In this document: positions 1-10,800 of the stretch, in pieces
Numbering within the stretch: the first letter of the stretch is position 1
Layout: each line of letters opens with the position of its first letter
Source of the DNA: Chiloscyllium plagiosum
Lineage: Eukaryota
Length of the DNA: 23,557 bases
Assembly (NCBI RefSeq): GCF_004010195.1
Contig: NC_057719.1
Coordinates: 88,253,352 to 88,276,908 of the forward strand
Direction: 5' to 3'
Notes under the pieces: model-generated
What the model saw: only the letters and a program-made list of their open reading frames with translations
Told to the model about the DNA's origin: nothing
Databases searched by the model: none
Made by a program: the position numbers and the translations under genes

Positions 1-169
1 GTGTAGAGGAACTTTTAGTTTCAGTTTCAAAGAATAGAGAGAGCTTTACTTTTTTTTAGTCTTTACACTGTGTCTAGCCTGTCCTTTGTGTGTTTGATGT
101 GGACAGTATCAAGAGAGCATTACTTTCCACTTACTTTTAGTTTAAGAGATGAGGGATTTTTACTCTGCA

Positions 170-410
170 TAAGGGACAACCTTTTCATGTAGAGGGTGGT
201 GTGTGTATGGAATGAGCTGCCGGAGGAAGTGGTGGAGGCTGGTACAATTCCAATATTTAAAAGGCATCTGGATAGGTATATGAACAGGACAGGTTTAGAG
301 GGATATGGGTCAAGTGCTGGCAAATGGGACTAGATTAGATTAGATTAGGATATCTGGTCAGCATGGATAAGTTGGACTGAAGGGTTTGTTTCCGTGCTGT
401 ACATCTGTCT
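170..410 (+). mobile_element. CR1-like LINE 3' fragment (ORF2 C-terminus and tail)
   Basis: Translates as RVVCVWNELPEEVVEAGTIPIFKRHLDRYMNRTGLEGYG, followed by a typical 3'UTR. Confidence 0.85.
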
Positions 411-535
411 CATCTAACAATGTGCTGTCACTGTCCCAGGAGTGTTTGGGACAGTGCTTGGAGCTTTATTTGGTTTTCTTGTAGTTTAAAAGAGTGGTGA
501 GGGAGGGGATTGTAACTTTCAATTTAACAAAGTAA

Positions 536-833
536 AGATTAGATTACTTACAGTGTGAAAACAGACCCTTCAGCCCATACCGACCTGCTGAAGCGCAACC
601 CATTCCCCTACATTTACCTCTTCACTTAACACTACGGGCATTTTAGCATGGCCAATTCACCTAACCTGCACATTTTTGGACTGTGGGAGGAAACCGGAGC
701 ACCCGGAGGAAACCCATGCAGATACTGGGAGAATGTGCAAACTCCACACAGTCAGTCGCCTGAGGCGGGAATTGAACCCGGGTCTCTGGCGCTGTGAGGC
801 AGCAGTGCTAACCACTGTGCCACCGTGCCGCCC
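536..833 (-). mobile_element. HE1-type V-SINE (tRNA-derived), near full length
   Basis: On -: gggcggcacggtggcacagtggttagc head with A/B boxes, V-domain, and taatct tail; closely similar to three other copies in the window. Confidence 0.9.
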
Positions 834-1799
834 AAAAGAGAGCTTTACTCAGTGTATTTAATTCCTCACATGCTGTCCCTGTCCTGGGAACATTTTGATG
901 GGGATGGTATCGAGGGGACTTGCTCTTTTAAACCAAAAGTAAATGCAAAGTAGAGGTAGATCTGCAGTCAGTGTACAAGAGTAGAGAGGGCTTTACTCTG
1001 TATCTAGCCCCCATGCTGTCCAATCCTGCGTGTTTCTGAATTGGAGAGTGCTTGTTGAGTTTCTGTTTGAGCACAAAATTTAATTAAATATCCAATAGTG
1101 GGAAACAGCAGGTTCTAAAAACTTAAAATGATCCATAATGAATGGGAGATGGCAGGTGTAATGGGAAACCAGATGTGTAGCGTGTATTGCTTGGTGTTAA
1201 ATCCTCTCTAAATTCAGGTAAATGTCACTATGTTTGTCAGTGTTTAATTTTCATGATTCCCAGTCTGTCCTGAGTGGGGTTTGAATGAAAGTTGTTTTAT
1301 TCATTGTGGGATGTGGCGTTGCGAGGTGTACCAGCATTTATTGCCCTTGGGAAGGTGATGGTGAGCTACTGGTTTGAACCAGTGTAGACTACCTTTTGTG
1401 GGTTGGCCCACAATGCCACTAGGGAATGTCAGGCAATTAAGTGCTTTGAAATGTTTTACAAGATAAGTAGTGCTGTACGAAAGCACGTTGTTGTTGTTTG
1501 ACTGGACATAATTCTGGTTTGACTGTAATGCTCCCTGCAGTTGAACAGCTGCCTGCAGTCCCTGCTTAGGAATTCAGTAAAAGAGTTGCAACTTGGCTTG
1601 GGTGCAGATTTTGCCTCCCTGTGGCAATCATAAGCTGCCTGTAGGTATAGAGGTATCAGGAATAAATGTTAAATGGAAGTCTTACTTGCATATGACCTGT
1701 ATAGACCATGGTTAACAGTTGGAGCACTGCGTGCTGCTTTGATTATATCATCATATAAATTTGCTAACCAGGTTAGGGATTTCTTTGCACAAGGGAAGG

Positions 1800-2010
1800 T
1801 TGAGGCAGCATGATGTGCCTGGTCTTTAAATTTATGGAAGTGTTTCATAGGGTTGATGCAGGGAAAACGTTTCCACTGGTGATGAGAGTCCAGAATTAAA
1901 AAGCACAATTATAAGCAGATCGCCAGTAAATCCAATGAGGAATGATTAGAATGGAGAGTTCGTGACTATGTGGAATATTTGGGACAAATGGCATAGATGC
2001 ACTTGAGGGA
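1800..2010 (+). mobile_element. Degenerate CR1-like LINE fragment
   Basis: catagggttgatgcagggaaaacgtttccactggtgatgagagtccagaatta resembles the DRVDAGK.FPL..ESRT segment. Confidence 0.5.
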
Positions 2011-2160
2011 AAGCTTTTTATAAAAACAGGATGTTTGCTCGTTACAACAGTGACTACACTTGGAAAGTACTTTATTAACTGTAAGGCAAGTTGGAACTTC
2101 CTAAAGGTTGTGCAAACAAAAAAAAAATCACTTTCTTTCATTTGAAGAAACCAATGAATT

Positions 2161-2574
2161 TGAGTTGAAAAGTGTGGTGCTGGAAAAGCACAGCAAATCA
2201 TGCAGCATTGAAAGAGCAGGAGAATTGTTCCGGGCAGGGTGGGCGGCACGGTGGCACAGTGGTTAGCACTGCTGCCTCGCAGCGCCAGAGACCCGGGTTC
2301 AATTCCCGCCTCAGGCGACTGACTGTGTGGAGTTTGCACATTCTCCCCGTGTCTGCGTGGGTTTCCTCCGGGTGCTCCGGTTTCCTCCCACAGTCCAAAG
2401 ATGTGCAGGTCAGGTGAATTGGCCATGTTAAATTGTCCGTAGTGTTAGGTAAGGGGTAAATGTAGGGGTATGGGTGGGTTGCGCTTCGGCGGGTCGGTGT
2501 GGACATGTTGGGCCGAAGGGCCTGTTTCCACACTGTAAAGTAATCTAATCTAAAAAAAAGCCTTCATCAGGAAT
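2161..2574 (-). mobile_element. Penelope-like fragment (2161-2237 plus 2560-2574) split by the V-SINE
   Basis: The left part matches 20598-20632 and the reverse of 17712-17750; the right part gccttcatcaggaat resumes the same element. Confidence 0.65.
2241..2559 (+). mobile_element. HE1-type V-SINE, full length, young
   Basis: Head gggcggcacggtggcacagtggttagcactg, B box gggttcaattccc, V-domain, tail taatctaatctaaaaaaaa; CpGs mostly intact. Confidence 0.92.
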
Positions 2575-2600
2575 TTTTGATGCCCCACTCACTCCTCTTC

Positions 2601-2795
2601 AGAGTCATGCAGCATGGAAATGGACTCTTCGGTCCAACTAGTCCACAGCGACCACAGTCCCACCTGTCTGTGCTTGACCTCTATCTCTCCAAATGTTTCT
2701 CATTCATGTACTTCTCAAAATATCTTTTTAAATGTTGTTACTGTACCTGCATCCACCACTTCCTCTAAGTTCATTGCACACACAAGCCACTCTGT
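2601..2795 (-). mobile_element. CR1-like LINE 3' tail fragment
   Basis: agagtcatgcagcatggaaatggactcttcggtccaac...aatgttgttactgtacctgcatccaccacttcctct, reverse-similar to 170-410. Confidence 0.7.
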
Positions 2796-3232
2796 TTTTT
2801 TTTAAAAAAAAAGCCCTTTGTATTTTTAAAATCTTTAAGACCTCCCTCACTCCTGTTTGTAAAGATTTGAGGAAGATGAAATAGATGTGTCTTGCTGTTA
2901 ATGAGATGCAGAGTAATAGAAGCAGGCTTATGTCACTGCTGTCAGTATGTGATACTGTGGTGGTTGAGGTAGTTGGCTGTCCCCATTTCACTTTGTCAAT
3001 ACTGTGTCTAGGGCTCCTCTAATGATCAGTATTAATTAATGAGTCTAAACAAGAGGCACTTTCTTTGTTAACAAGGTGGTATATTTCATAACAGTAATAA
3101 CTACAGTTAACATTACTGGTCGGGCGTAAACCGGAAGACACTCTGGAACTTTACAGAACATATTTGTTCTCTTTGGACACTCGTGCAGAACTCCACTGTC
3201 GGCGCCAAAGATTGTATTACATCGTTAGACTG

Positions 3233-4128
3233 GGTGGAGTCATTGCAGTACCAACATTAACATTTTCAAAACTATTACCTTGTGCAACACATACAGTAGA
3301 TTAGATTAGATTCCCTATAGTATTACATACACTGGTACGCAGTAGAACAGAAAAACAGATGCACTGCAGAAATCCACCAAAGGTCCTCAGACAGCACCTT
3401 CCAAACTCACGACCACGTCCATCTGGAAGGGTTACACCTAAGACATTGACTTCTGCACCTCCTGATGCTGTCTGGCTTGTTGTGGTCTTTTAGCCTCTTG
3501 TCCATCTACCAGTTTCTTCCCCCAGTCCAAAGATGTGCAGGTTAGGTGGATTGGCATGATAAATGTGGGGTTACAGGGATAAAATAGGGGGCTAGGTTTG
3601 AGTGAAATGCTCTTTGGAGGGCCAGTGTATACTTGATGGGCTGATGGGCTCTTTCTGCACTGTAGGGTTTCTATGAACACCCAATTGACCCTTAATTGAT
3701 ATCAATCACCCATTCCTCTTTCCATTTCAGATGATAACTGTAGATACTTTGTCACGGTGTAACTACTCTTGTGGTAGTGTCCCAGCCTCTGGATCAGGAT
3801 ACCCAGATTCAAGACCCACCTGCTCCGAAGATGTGTATTAACCATATCTGAACTAGCTGGTGAGAAAGCATTTCTATGCAACTGCTCTAGCTCCCTTGCT
3901 GAACCTGCTGCCACACCCAGGCCTCAAGGCAAATTGGCCATTGGGGTTGTTTGATTTGTCCCCGTGTGGTACTATCAGTTTCACAGGGTACTCATCACTG
4001 CTGCAATTTTCTGTTCTACTGCATACCAGTGTATGTAATACTATAGGGAATCTAATCTAATCTACTGTATGTGTTGCACAAGGTAATAGTTTTGAAAATG
4101 TTAATGCTGGTACTGCAATTACTCCACC
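3233..4128. repeat. Long inverted repeat: arms 3233-3354 and 4007-4128 (119/122 complementary)
   Basis: Direct base-by-base comparison. Confidence 0.95.
3512..3676 (+). mobile_element. 3' half of a diverged V-SINE
   Basis: cccagtccaaagatgtgcaggttaggtggattggc...ctgcactgtagggtttctatga. Confidence 0.7.
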
Positions 4129-4813
4129 TAATCTTTCTCATTTCCAGGGTTACTGTGCGGTACAAAGAACAATTTGCAGCACTGCCTGTTAGGTAGACTG
4201 CTGGAGGAAATAGTTGGAGCAGTGGTCATTTCCTTATTAACACAAGAACCACTGACAGGAAGCTTAGTTTTGTTCATATCTCTTTCACTGGAGGGTGCAG
4301 TTACTACATACTGAGAGGGAACTGCTTCACATGCTGTGGAAACCACATATAAGGTCTAATTTTACACAGTGCTAATAATGTCCATCTCTCAATACTATTA
4401 CATTGTATCTTTTGAGGCAATAGGTTTCCAAAATAAGCCCCAGAACTTACTGAGCAGTGGGCAAAACAGGACTGAGTAAGTTGGCTTCAGAACTAAAGGA
4501 ATTCTGAGTTTCATTGAAGGGATGACTGACCCTTTGACAAAAACAATCGGAATGGACGTGCATTCAGATCGTATTTTATGATCTTAGGATGTGTTAGTGT
4601 TTTATAGCACAAGAAGTGATTACAGGACCCAAAGGAATTATTATGATATCTCCAATGGACGTGCACAGAGCTGGTACGGAGCTCCCATGTTCATATGCAA
4701 CATTCACACAGTCCAGGAGCAAAGAGCACTACTTTCCCTGAGCCTCAGCAGGGCTGACATCTGTTTTTGTTTCACAAGTCTCTCTCTACCCCATTAGGTT
4801 TGGACCGGTCAAA

Positions 4814-4870
4814 ATGGCAGACACGTCTACTGAGGACATACAGATCCAAGCAAACCAGGTGACAGATGAG
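4814..4870 (+). CDS. SNAP23: SNAP23 coding exon 1 ([19 protein letters not shown]); the exon starts at 4798 with 16 nt of 5'UTR
   Basis: Acceptor ctctctaccccattag ends at 4797; aaaATGG start context; donor GAG|gtgagt at 4871. Confidence 0.94.
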
Positions 4871-7800
4871 GTGAGTCTCTGCTGTGAGTTGGGTTTTTAG
4901 TTGAAAGCAGGCTGTGGAAGAGTCAGATGGGCCGGTTTGCATCCTTATAAAAAGTGGGTTTTTATTAAACACTGACACGACACACACATGGAGGAGGGGG
5001 GACATGGAACACAATTCTCCTGGGTTGGATCTCAACTCCCTGCAGTAGATGGCTAATGGTAGCCAATTAATCTTTCAGACCATTTCCATCATCACAATTC
5101 TATCTATCTAGCAAACAATGCGTGCCCATCAGAATCCTGTAACCCTTTCCCAACAGAGGGACACTTTGCTTCTTGGACTAGTTAACCAACATTGACCTCA
5201 GCTTTTCACCCCAAACACCTTGCTGCCCATTCCAACTGTTAGTTGGCTTTCAGGCCTGTTCTACAGGATGTTTCTAGTGTCCTTGATTTGATGAGGGCTG
5301 CTTTGGCTTTACTTTCCAGCAATTTATTTGATTTCCAAAGGGGCCTAACTGTCAGTCATTTCAAGGCAGATTCGGGGCAGTAAAGCTACAGGGGTATAAA
5401 CTATCATGGCTGTCGGTTTGTGAGCATAATGTCTTGGACTTGACAATTTTTGTTCCTCTCTTCACAGTCCCTGGAGAGTACCCGGAGGATGCTGCAGCTG
5501 GCAGAGGAGGTAAAGCTGAACTGTGTCTTCTATTGGCCTTATAGTGCTGACTGCAGGGCACTGGGGCACATTGGGTTGATAGCGCAAAGGTGGTGGGGCT
5601 TGCTATTGGGGATCATGGAACAGGGTGACAGGATCTGTCAGTGTCACACTGGAAGGTAACAGGTTTGGATATATGACGGTCATGCCACAGGGTGATTGTC
5701 TGTCTGAAGCAGGCATTGTTCAGGTTTAATAATACAGTAGGTGTACACGATATACATTGTGTAGTAGTTGTTACTAATGCAAAAGCAAATACACATTATT
5801 GCAGCCTTCATTCTACCTTTGGGTAGAACTGGGGTTTTGGGAAGAGTTGGGAAGAGTTGGCAAGGCTGTGTTTGCCAATATATCAGTATTACTGTATTTG
5901 TGTTTAGACTCACACCTTACTCTTGATACTAGACTTACTTCTGCTGAGGTTTGAACAGTCTGATCATCAGGTCTGCACAATTCTCTGAAACACTTTTCTG
6001 AAAATACAGCACTGAGAGTGGTCATCCACAGCCTCAAGTGCTATTTTTATCTCCCCCCAACCCTGCGTTTCGTTTGCAAGTCACTAATATAAATCAAAAA
6101 TACCACTGATCCCTGGGGACTCCATTGTGCATTTCCTTCCAGTCTGATCAACCAAACAACAGTAGTAAACAGTTAGTTCTGTTCTTTTAATCACTATTCA
6201 TGCTGCCACGATCACTTTAATCCCATGGGTCTTACTGGTTAAGTATTGGAGACTGGGAACAGCAGAAAGGATTAGTGCACGAGCATGTTGCAGTTGAAGA
6301 CCTAGCGTAGTGTCTCATGGTGTAGTCCCACCCTCAACCAACCATGTGTTCTTCTGAGGTTGTCTTGACGTGATCTCAATCAGAATTCCTATTAAAAATA
6401 TTTATTGGGGATTTCGAGCAAAAGCTGCAAGTGGATTTAGTAAATCCTTGGGTTTCTGAATTCCATGGAACTTTGGGCATGGATGGTGGGAGACGTAGCC
6501 AGGCTGCCTCTGCCCTGTCTCATTCAGTTCTGGCATAGTACATTTAATTGATGGATGTGATTGGGCTGTGCACAATGCAGTTTGTTAGATCCCTAGATAC
6601 AGTGCTGACACTTCTTTTTGTTTCAGAGTAGGGATGCTGGTGGCAAGACTATGATCATGCTGGATGAGCAGGGAGGTAAGTATGTAGTGCTGCCTGATCA
6701 TAGGGAGCTGGGGCTGGTCTGGATAGGCAGGTTGGCCTGGCATTGTTATTCCACAGCCCCCTGGTCTGGTTAATGTGTCCCTGTATTTGTTGGGAAGGGT
6801 GGAACAGGGATGTTAATGTAGTCTTGCTGTGACTTCCTTTACAGCACTTAGGCTGGTTAGGGCAGACTGTGGTGCAAGTAGGATCTTTGCCAATGGTTCT
6901 GTATTCAGGTATTTGGTCACCCACTCAACTACTGGGCAGTCCAGTGGAGAGAAACTTACAATCTCACCCTTTCCTCAACGTGAACATTGAAGTGAAGTTA
7001 TCGCCAGCAGCAACCCCTAGATCTCTGGACTGTGTGAATGAGGGAAAGGTAAACAAGAATGATATTAAAACGAGGCAGTTTAGCTCATTGTGTGCACACA
7101 GGCTGAGAAACAAACCACTCAACATAATTCCACTTTCCAGCATTTGGTTTGTAGCTTTTCAGGTTCCAGCACTTAAGATGCAGGTCCAGGTGCCTGTTAA
7201 ATGAGTTAAGGGTTTCTGCCTTTACTGTCTCTGCAGGCAGTGAGTTCCAGACCCTTTCCTTTGTCTGGGCAAAAATATTTCCTCATCACCCCTGTACACT
7301 TACTACAAATCACTTTTCCCCTCACTCCTGACCTTTCTGCGAAGGTAAGTCCCGTTAACTGCAGTTAGGCCCCTCATAGTTTTGTCCATCTGAATCAAAT
7401 CTCCCTCCTCTTGTCCTAGGCAGATCAACAGCCGAGGGAGAAGGGATTAGTTGTTACTTACCATGTCACATGTGTCCACATGATGATTCCCATGTGGAGT
7501 GAACCTGATCTCTGCCACGGGTTCTCAAACTTGGAAGCAGACTTTGCCTGCTTGACAGGGCTGCTTGGTATTTCTGCACAGGTGAAGCATTTGTGTGTGT
7601 GGATGAAGTCACCAGGAGGAAGGAAACTCTGGACTGTTCCAGCAGAGGTTTCTTCATTGCACATGGGGTCATTCTGAAGCTTCAGGGGGTTAGCTTGGAG
7701 TGGCTAGGGCAGCTGGGAGGACTGCAGAGAGCCCACAGAACAGCTGATGTTGCGACCATGTGCTGTTTTTGTTTAGAACAACTGAGGCGCATCGATGAAG

Positions 7801-10800
7801 GGCTGGACCAGATCAACCAGGATATGAAGGAGGCGGAGAAAAACCTGACTGACCTCACCAAGTGCTGTGGCCTGTGTGTGTGTCCTTGCAGTAGGTAGGT
7901 ATTGCTGGGATTGGTCAGAGAATGGCTTCCAGCTGACCACCAGTTCCCAACCAAAACTAAGCACTTGTATCATGTTTTTTACGGCCTTGGGACATTACAA
8001 AGTTGTAGACTTATCAGAATATAGGAAATGTAACCAGTTAGTGCATAGCCAGCTCCCACAAATAGAGATAATAATTGGAACATCTGTTTTACTGATGTTG
8101 GTTGAGCAATAGTGGCTAGACTGAAGTCGCCTCCTCTTCCTCAATATAATCATATGCATTGGCTCAAGAGGGTCTCAATTGAATATCTCTGGCAGTGCAG
8201 CACTCTCGTACCATGTTGGAAGTTAGCCTAGGTTATATGCTCAGGTCTCTGGAATGGGATTCTTAATCCTCTGACTCAGATAATATCTAAGCAGTGGCTG
8301 GCAGTATGTCATGTATTTAAAGAATGCAGAGACTTCAGTCCAGAAAGTAGACGAGCAGAAGGCTGGAAGAGCACAGCAAGCCAAGTAGCATCAGGAGGTG
8401 GAGAAGTCAATGTTCTGGATTTCTCAGACTTCTCCACCTCCTGATGCTACCTGGCTTGCTATGCTCTCCCAGCCTCCTGCTTGTCTACTTTTGGATTCCA
8501 GCATCTGCATTTTTTTTTTCTCCAGTCACTGTCATAAAGTCATAGAATTATAGTTACGTTTCTGATGTTAAAGTGAAGAGACAGAAATTGACTTAAGAAT
8601 TTTTGAGGGCTGTGGCTGTTTCACACAGGTACCAATTTTGGGACAATGTAAAGGGAACTTTACTTTGTATTCAAAATGTTCAGTAGCTGCCAGCGTAGCT
8701 GGTTCTGTTGTTGGTTGTCAGTTCTTCCCTTAGTCTCAGTCATTGTCACAGTACACATTGGTGCTGGGAGCTGCCAGTAGATTTGCCTCAAGCTGAACAT
8801 GTATGTAAATCTTGTGCAAATGTGAGCTGTACAGAATTTTACCTTAAAACCACATGATCTCATCAACATTGTCTTTGGAAGAGCAGCTGTAATTAACATG
8901 AACATTTGGCATGACGTCTGTTTGAGTACTTAGGCCTGCTATATGACAAACTAACTCCTTTCTTAATTCGGCTAACTAAAACAATCAATTCTAATGATCA
9001 CAATAAGTTCAACACTTCTGCTACACTATCCATTAACTGGTTAATCAATCAAACTTTGTCTGGTAGGATCCTAATTCCAATGAGCAGCTCGGGAGGAGTG
9101 GTCCAGGCTGTTTTCTGTAATGCTGGGCTCCTCAGTGACACTGCTCTACCTAAATGACTGATCTTTTGAGTTCATTTTCTTGCTCTTTCTCTCTCTCTCT
9201 TTCTCGTGCCTCTCTTTCTCTCTCTCTCATTTGCCCCCTACCCCGAAACCCTATATCTCCCTCCCTATGCTTCATTCATTGAAGATTAACCTTAATATAA
9301 ACCTGAGTGGAAAATGGGAGCCAATCAGTGATGTACATCGTGGAATCTGGCATGGAGAAAATCAGCCGTTTTGGGGACCGTGTCCACGTTTGAGTAGGTG
9401 CTACATTTAACCGCATGCTGCATGAGCCTGTTGTGTGTCTGTGTAATTGTGGAAGTCTTGCAATTCTGTGCCATTAGAGTAAATAACTTGCATTGTCTGT
9501 CTCAACCTCAATGTCACCAAGTGTTTCATTTTCAATAAATAACTTTTGTAGTGCAGTCACTGTTGGAGGCCAAATGTTCACAGTAAAACGCTTCCCAAAT
9601 GCAACGTGATAATGACCAAATGGTCAGTTCTTCGTGCTGTTAATTGAGGGATAAGTACTGGCCCCAGAACAAGGAAAGATTCCCCTGCTCAGTTTTGAAA
9701 TAGTGTCAAAAGATGTGTGAAAGAAGGAGAATTGAAAACTGTCACAACTGCTGAAGTTGGCAGTGCTGGAAAATTGAAGTAGAAATTGCTGGAAAAGCTC
9801 AACAGGTCTGGCAGCAGCTGTGGAGAGAAAATAGAGTTAATGTTTCAGGTAGAATGACCGTTCCTCAGAACATCCCGTAATCATTGCACAAATACTATTG
9901 CCTTTTCTTCTAGTCAATAATTGTGGCAACGACCTCTCATTTGAAAGACCTGCAATGGTGCAGAAAACCCTTTATTACTGTACTGATGCATCAGCCTGCA
10001 TTATAGACTCAAATCAAAATGTGTAAGGAAAAAGATGGAGGGAATTAATATGAGAAATATTGGAAACACGAATCAAACGTGGAAACAGACAAGGAATTGG
10101 GAATGAGCAGTGTGTTGAATAGTCAAAAACAACATGAAGACATTCTTTGTGTAAATGGGTAATTGAAGAAAATATCAGAAAAAATAGTTAACACACTAAG
10201 AGATTTAGACTAAGGACAGGAACAGCAGTCATAATCCTTGCAGACTTCTCCAGTAGATGTGATGGCTTTCACATCTCCTTCAATGTAAGCACCAGACTGA
10301 TTCAATACTATCAAAATCCAAAATGGACTAAATACGACTAAGGCAGATGAGAGACAAAGTCCATGACATGTCAAAGGTTGAGAGGTGAACTTTAGTTTGT
10401 TGCTCGTTCCCATGATAACCCTGCACTCATTGGCCTTTACTCTTCCACATCATTGGACAAAATATCAAACCAGCCCCAACGCTGACTAACCCATCCCCGT
10501 CCCCGACCTCCAGAAATATTTTTATTTACACCAAACCTCACCCTACAATCTTTGCTCATCCTAGATCGTTTCCCAGTTGCATACCCCTGATGCATCTCTC
10601 TGCACATCACCAGATCTCCAATTCGTATTTGATGTCTTCTAAACAACTCTCTAATCTGTGAACAATCAGCACAATCTCCCCTAATTTGTTAACCAGCCAT
10701 CTCTAAATAGTCTGGATTGTCCCACGATTCATTGTATAAACCTGCTTGCCAGGTTTGGAATGAAGTCCAGATTGCAGTGCAGACTATTGCAGGAGAGCAA

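Larger units (their letters stand above)
1..1050. repeat. Degenerate minisatellite with a roughly 65-bp unit, interrupted by a LINE and a SINE
   Basis: Variants of agagagctttactctgtatcta..atgctgtccctgtcctgggagtgtttgatggggacagt at about 36-125, 411-470, 836-925 and 980-1050. Confidence 0.7.

Noticed and set aside
676..861. Recurring ORFs such as [17 protein letters not shown] (also 1896-2533, 11886-12247, 18306-18639)
   Set aside because: These are incidental translations of V-SINE copies, not a protein family.
2241..2315. tRNA gene
   Set aside because: The A/B boxes are the SINE head and continue directly into the V-domain.
3110..3230. Possible SNAP23 promoter (CpG cluster, ccggaag ETS-like site)
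   Set aside because: Too short for a CpG island and no convincing exon or donor; not supportable without TSS data.
8598..8628. Possible Cys-containing microexon ([10 protein letters not shown]) ending in CAG|gtacca
   Set aside because: It is 31 nt, so not frame-preserving, and has no polypyrimidine tract.
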